The notes under the pieces: generated by a model | Database searches by the model: none | What the model was told of the DNA's origin: nothing | The model's input: the letters and a program-made list of their open reading frames with translations, nothing else | Program-made: the position numbers and the translations under genes | Part shown: positions 55,843 to 64,000 of the stretch, piece after piece | Position numbering within the stretch: the first letter of the stretch is position 1 | Layout of the letters: each line of letters opens with the position of its first letter | Assembly: GCA_949358305.1 (NCBI GenBank) | Contig: OX442314.1 | Coordinates: 13,020,001 to 13,084,000, forward strand | Direction of reading: 5' to 3' | DNA length: 64,000 nt | Source of the DNA: Strigamia acuminata | Taxonomy: Eukaryota

Positions 55843-55892
55843 TTACTTTATTTTAGCATTAAAAACATATTTTTTACTTGACATTTTAAATG

Positions 55893-56939
55893 TTAAAATC
55901 CGCCGCTCTGTTCGGGCGGGCAATCAATTTGGTTTGCCGGGTGAGATTTAATAAAAGCAGGATGTTGCATTAAAGTCGCATTAATTCTTTGAATTATTGG
56001 ATATGGAGAGAGATCGACTTTAAACCTGAAACCAAACAAAATATTTAAAAAAATAAATAAACAATTAGGATATTGATATTCATCGTTTTAAATTACCTCA
56101 CTGCATTGTACACTTGTGGAACTAAACAAAGGTCAGCAAATGTAATCTCGTCTGCCACGCAATATTTCCCTGCATACTGTTGCAATAGATCTTCAACAGC
56201 TGTCAAAGTATTATCATTAATTTAAATATTTTAAATATTCAATTCAATTTTGTTGAGAAATCACCTTGAAATCCTTTAGCTATCCAATCCCTAGCCCAGT
56301 TTGGTTGCACCTTATCTCCGAGTTTCGTGAGAAGAGCTAAATTCTGCAATGGCTGAATGCCACTTGTAATGCATTCAGCAATAGCTCGGGATTTTGCTCG
56401 GGTTATTGGATCGTTTGGGAGAAGTGGGGGGTCTGGATGAGTCTCCTCGATATACTCAAGAATGGCCATCTTTTGTAGAGGTGAATTAAATTTTTATTAC
56501 GACATGTGGGAAATTTTCATACCGATTGAATTAACGTTTGCCCGTCCACTACAAAAGCTGGGACTTGAAGCATCGGATTAATTTTTTTGTATTCTTCTTT
56601 ATACTGAATAAAAATTAGTAAAATTATTTGGTTTTATTTTTGGGCCTCTTTTTTTTATATATATCTACATGTTCTCCACCATCTTTTATCAAGTGAACAG
56701 GTTTGTATTCATAATTGATCCCTTTGTATTCCAAAGCTGAAATAAAGTTTTAATTGCAGCGTCGTTGGAATCTGTAAAATTCATAAAAATAAAACTCACC
56801 GGCTCGTACTCTCCAAGTACAAGAGCTTCTGTAGTAAGAATACAAGACAGGCTATAAAATAGATAAAAAAATTAAGTGAAATGTATATATGTTTTAAACT
56901 GGTAAATTAAAAAAATAAAAATCTTTTAACCTGAGCCAT
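55893..56939 (-). CDS. GSTZ1: Glutathione S-transferase zeta / maleylacetoacetate isomerase
   Basis: [77 protein letters not shown]. Confidence 0.96.
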
Positions 56940-58113
56940 TATCGTCTGAAAGCAAAACCAAGTAATGACAACTGCCAACTGTACCTCGTCACGTCAATTG
57001 CTAAGACCTTGACCTTGCAGTGAAAACATTAACCCCAGCCATGAAGTAAAGTGCAATTTGATAAAAAATATAATCCTTGAGTTTTTACAGCCGTAGCAAC
57101 AAACTTTTTTTGCCTTTTTTATTTTAAAATTTGAAAATAAACAGGTTTTAATTCATTTATTTTTGTAAAAATTGATTCTCAAAAAAATTGTGCAAGTACA
57201 GGCCAGAAATAATCTCTCATCATTGCCCTCGTTTTAAAAGAAACTGCAATTTTTTTATTTCCACAATTACATTTCGAAATAAATAAGTGAAAAATAATAA
57301 ATAAAAGTACAAATTTTTGAGACATTCTGTTGACTTCCGTACCAGGAATTGAAGTTCAAACTGTTGCCACTAGGAAATTTGCCACGCGGGAAGTTCGAAG
57401 ATTGAGTTGAATATGGAAAAGCCTAAATTTCAACCGTTTAGCAGCTAACTAGCTGCTTTGTATTTCAAAACTGATATAAAATTTTAATTGCAACGTCGTT
57501 GGAATTTGTAAAATTCATAAAATTAAAACTCACCGGCTCTTACTCTCCAAGAACAAGAGCTTCTGTCGTAAGAATACAAGAGATGTCATTAAATAAACGT
57601 AAAAAATAAAAAATAATTTTTTTTTTAATTTGAATCATTATGGTCTGAAAGCCAAACCAAGTTAACAACTGTCAACTGTTTCTCGTCACGTCGTTGACCT
57701 CAACCATGAAGGAAAGTGCTAGTTGATAAAAATTAAATTTTTTAAGTTTTTTAAAATTTTATAATTTTTTTTAAAAAAAAAATTTCTTTATTTTTATTAT
57801 TTTTATTTTATTTCATCATTTTATTTTTTGTAGAAATCGATACACAAAAGATTATTGTGCAAGAACAGGCCAGAAATAACTTTACATTAAATTTCACCAT
57901 TGGCCTCGTTTTAAAAGAAACACCTTTTTTTTTATTATAAACATTGAATAGGTGAAAATCATGAATAAAAATATATATTTTCGAGATATCCTGTTGACTT
58001 CCGTACCATAAATTGAAGTTCAAATTGTTGCCACTAGGAAAAGTGGCCACGTGGGAAAGTCGAAGATGAGTTGAATATGTAAACACCTAAATTTCAACCG
58101 ATTAGCAGCTAAT
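56722..58113. repeat. Direct tandem duplication (A 56722-~57449, B 57457-58113) of the GSTZ1 5' end and the GSTZ1/POMT2 intergenic region
   Basis: Colinear shared blocks, e.g. CGTCGTTGGAAT..AAAACTCACCGGCTC, CAGGCCAGAAATAA, CTGTTGACTTCCGTACCA, GTTGCCACTAGGAAA, GAGTTGAATATG, AAATTTCAACCG..TAGCAGCTAA. Confidence 0.92.
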
Positions 58114-58123
58114 TAATACTCAG

Positions 58124-61655
<3,532 letters not shown>

Positions 61656-62191
61656 AAGATATTTATATAAATGGATTTTTATGACATTTGTTTTAACATC
61701 GAACCACAATTGCTCATCTTGTTGATATACTTACATGTTGATATTTAGTTATTTTTAGCTTATTTTTGGAGGATTTATTTTTTTTGGTAGAGGAATTTTT
61801 TTGACATATTGGAATCAATGCAACATTACTGCCGGTATTCATAGAAATATATATATATACACATTTTTATTTTTTACTTTTATTTTTTTTTATTTTCTGA
61901 TTGGTTTTGAATTTTTATTCTTTACTGCTTACATTGCACTGACAAAAACAACACAATTTCATTTCAATTTCAATTTATTTTTTCCCCATTATTGTAAGAA
62001 AATAATACGAAATAAAACAAAAGAAAAACAGAAAACATGCCAGATTAACATTTAATACTTTAATCGCTTGTCATTGTCAAGCAAGTATTTTTTTAAAAGC
62101 CCCTCCGCAAAAGCAGAGGTCAATTTCAATGGCGTGACCTTGAATGTGACCCATTTCGCTCGCTGGCTGGTTCATAGTTCCATCGGACGAA

Positions 62192-63590
62192 ATGAAAAAA
62201 TTCGTTTTAGTAGCAGTTTCCAGCACAGCGGTGATTCTCGTCTATTTCATTAGGTTAGTTGTCCAAAAAACAATCCAATAAAGATGAAGAAAAACCTTTG
62301 TGTGTTTATTTATGTAGAAAACGTTTGTTTAAACAACCAACGTGGACTGCCCATAATGTGAAGCTGGACGACAAAACAGTCGTCGTAACTGGCAGCAACT
62401 GTGGCATCGGGAAAGAGGTTGCCTTGGATTTTGCCCGTAGAGGTTTAAAAGAAATGATTAGATCGGAGAAGTGAATCAATTAATTACGTAATGGATATGG
62501 CTGGCATTGATTTTTCAGGAGCTAAAGTCATATTGGCTTGCCGTGATATTGCAAGTGCAAGAAACGTTGCTGCAGAGCTTATGAAAAATACACAGAATTG
62601 GAGGATCGTTGCTATGGCTTTGGATTTAGCTGATTTTAAGTCGATACGAAAATTTGTGAAACAACTTAAATGCAGTATGGTGTATTTATAATTTATTTAT
62701 TTATTTATTTTTATTTATTTTTATTTTATTTTTTTTTACTAGGGGAGACGAAAATTGACATATTGGTAAATAATGCTGGAGTATTTTATCTGCCTTATTC
62801 CGTGACCAAAGATGGATTTGAAACTGTGTTTCAGGTTAATTATATAGGTAGAAAACAGATTTTTTAAACGCATTTGTGTTTAGTTTTATTTTTTATTAAT
62901 TTTTTATTGTAGGTCCTTTTCTTTTGACTTTATTGTGCATTGATTTGTTAAAGAACTCCACCAATGGGCAGATAATTAATGTTTCGTCTCACGGCCATCG
63001 TTTATGCGATGAAATTGAATTTACTAATGTAAATTTGCATAAATCTTATGGAAAGTTTAAAGCGTATGCTCAAAGTAAAGCTGCTTTGATTCTCTTCACA
63101 AGGACTTTGAGTCAAAAACTGAAGGGTAAATTAAATATTTACTTTTTTTTTATCTTTTTATTTATTATTTTTATTCATAAAGTTTGTAATTTCAGGCACA
63201 AACATCACGGTGAATGCTGTTAATCCTGGGAATGTAGATTCACAAATGTTCAGGCATTTTCCTGTGCTGAACAATCCGATTTTACGACTCATTCAATGGC
63301 CGACGAGGAAACTCATCTTTAAAAATTGCCAAGATGGCGCGCAAAGCATCATCCATTGTGCCATTGAACCAACTGTTTTAAATAACTCAGGAAAATACTT
63401 CAAGTATATAAAAAAATATAATCTATTTAATTTTATAGTATTTTTAATATCAACATTTTTATTTTAAAGCAATTTTATTGAAGAAGAACCATCATCTTTG
63501 ACAAAAAACCCTGAAATAGCGGAGAAACTGTGGAAACACAGTTTGAGACTCGTAAACCTCCAAGATGAGTTCGAAATCGTTGTAAAATAA
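62192..63590 (+). CDS. Retinol dehydrogenase 11/12/13-like short-chain dehydrogenase/reductase
   Basis: N-terminal anchor MKKFVLVAVSS..; VVVTGSNCGIG, ILACRD, LVNNAG, INVSS, YAQSK, VNPGNV; last exon ends ..EKLWKHSLRLV..*. Confidence 0.9.
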
Positions 63591-63755
63591 GACAGAAATT
63601 CAACATTTTACTGTTTTTTTTAATAATTTTACAATAAAATGACCAATTTGGCTCCTTGGAAAACATAATTCATTAATATGACCAAAATATTTTAAACATC
63701 GTTTACATAAACTCTAAAACGAATTAAATTTGGTTAAACTCGTACTCCACGAGTC

Positions 63756-64000
63756 CTAAATGTGGTTTCCAAGTGATTGCAGTATTCGTGTTAGCAATGC
63801 ATACTTCTCTTCGGGTATTTCTCGCTCGTGGTAGAAAGTCGTAGTAATATTGCTGGAAGATGTCACGGTTCCGGGTGGTTTAGATTTCCCTGATTTGGTC
63901 AGATTGAATTTTTTGTGAGACAATTCCTGTAGCAGAACTCCTTGTTGCGTAACGAGTGCCTCCAAGGAACTCAAGCGGTCTTCAGCTTCCTGCTTTTTCG
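63756..64000 (-). CDS. 3' end of an unidentified gene (coiled-coil-like), partial
   Basis: Open frame from the window edge, EKQEAEDRLSSLEALVTQQGVLLQEL..., ending at TAG 63756. Confidence 0.45.
   Translation of the reverse strand, partial: KKQEAEDRLSSLEALVTQQGVLLQELSHKKFNLTKSGKSKPPGTVTSSSNITTTFYHEREIPEEKYALLTRILQSLGNHI

Overview
Compact, AT-rich, intron-containing animal genome segment. Most introns are ~55-90 bp GT-AG; gene content suggests a non-insect invertebrate, but this is inference. From left to right it contains: the 3' part of an intact sacsin-like gene (HSP90-like SRR repeats, J domain, HEPN); a rearranged island holding a 31-bp minisatellite, a decayed MPG glycosylase fragment and a perfect 24-bp foldback; a second, 5'-truncated sacsin paralog whose J-HEPN C-terminus is still intact; a pair of Tourist/PIF-like MITEs; an orphan type-I membrane protein; Tectonic and B9D2, whose coding sequences overlap by 17 nt behind a single X-box (a candidate ciliary bicistron); a secreted C-lectin/2xCCP/2xIg/trypsin protease; a mucin-like membrane protein; LC3C-like; MED29; PAF1; KIFBP; LRRC9-like; KLHDC3; a candidate transmembrane micropeptide; SDE2; two orphan disordered proteins; GSTZ1; a tandem duplication of the GSTZ1/POMT2 promoter; POMT2; an RDH-type SDR; and a partial gene. 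Exon structures were read by eye and no database searches were run.
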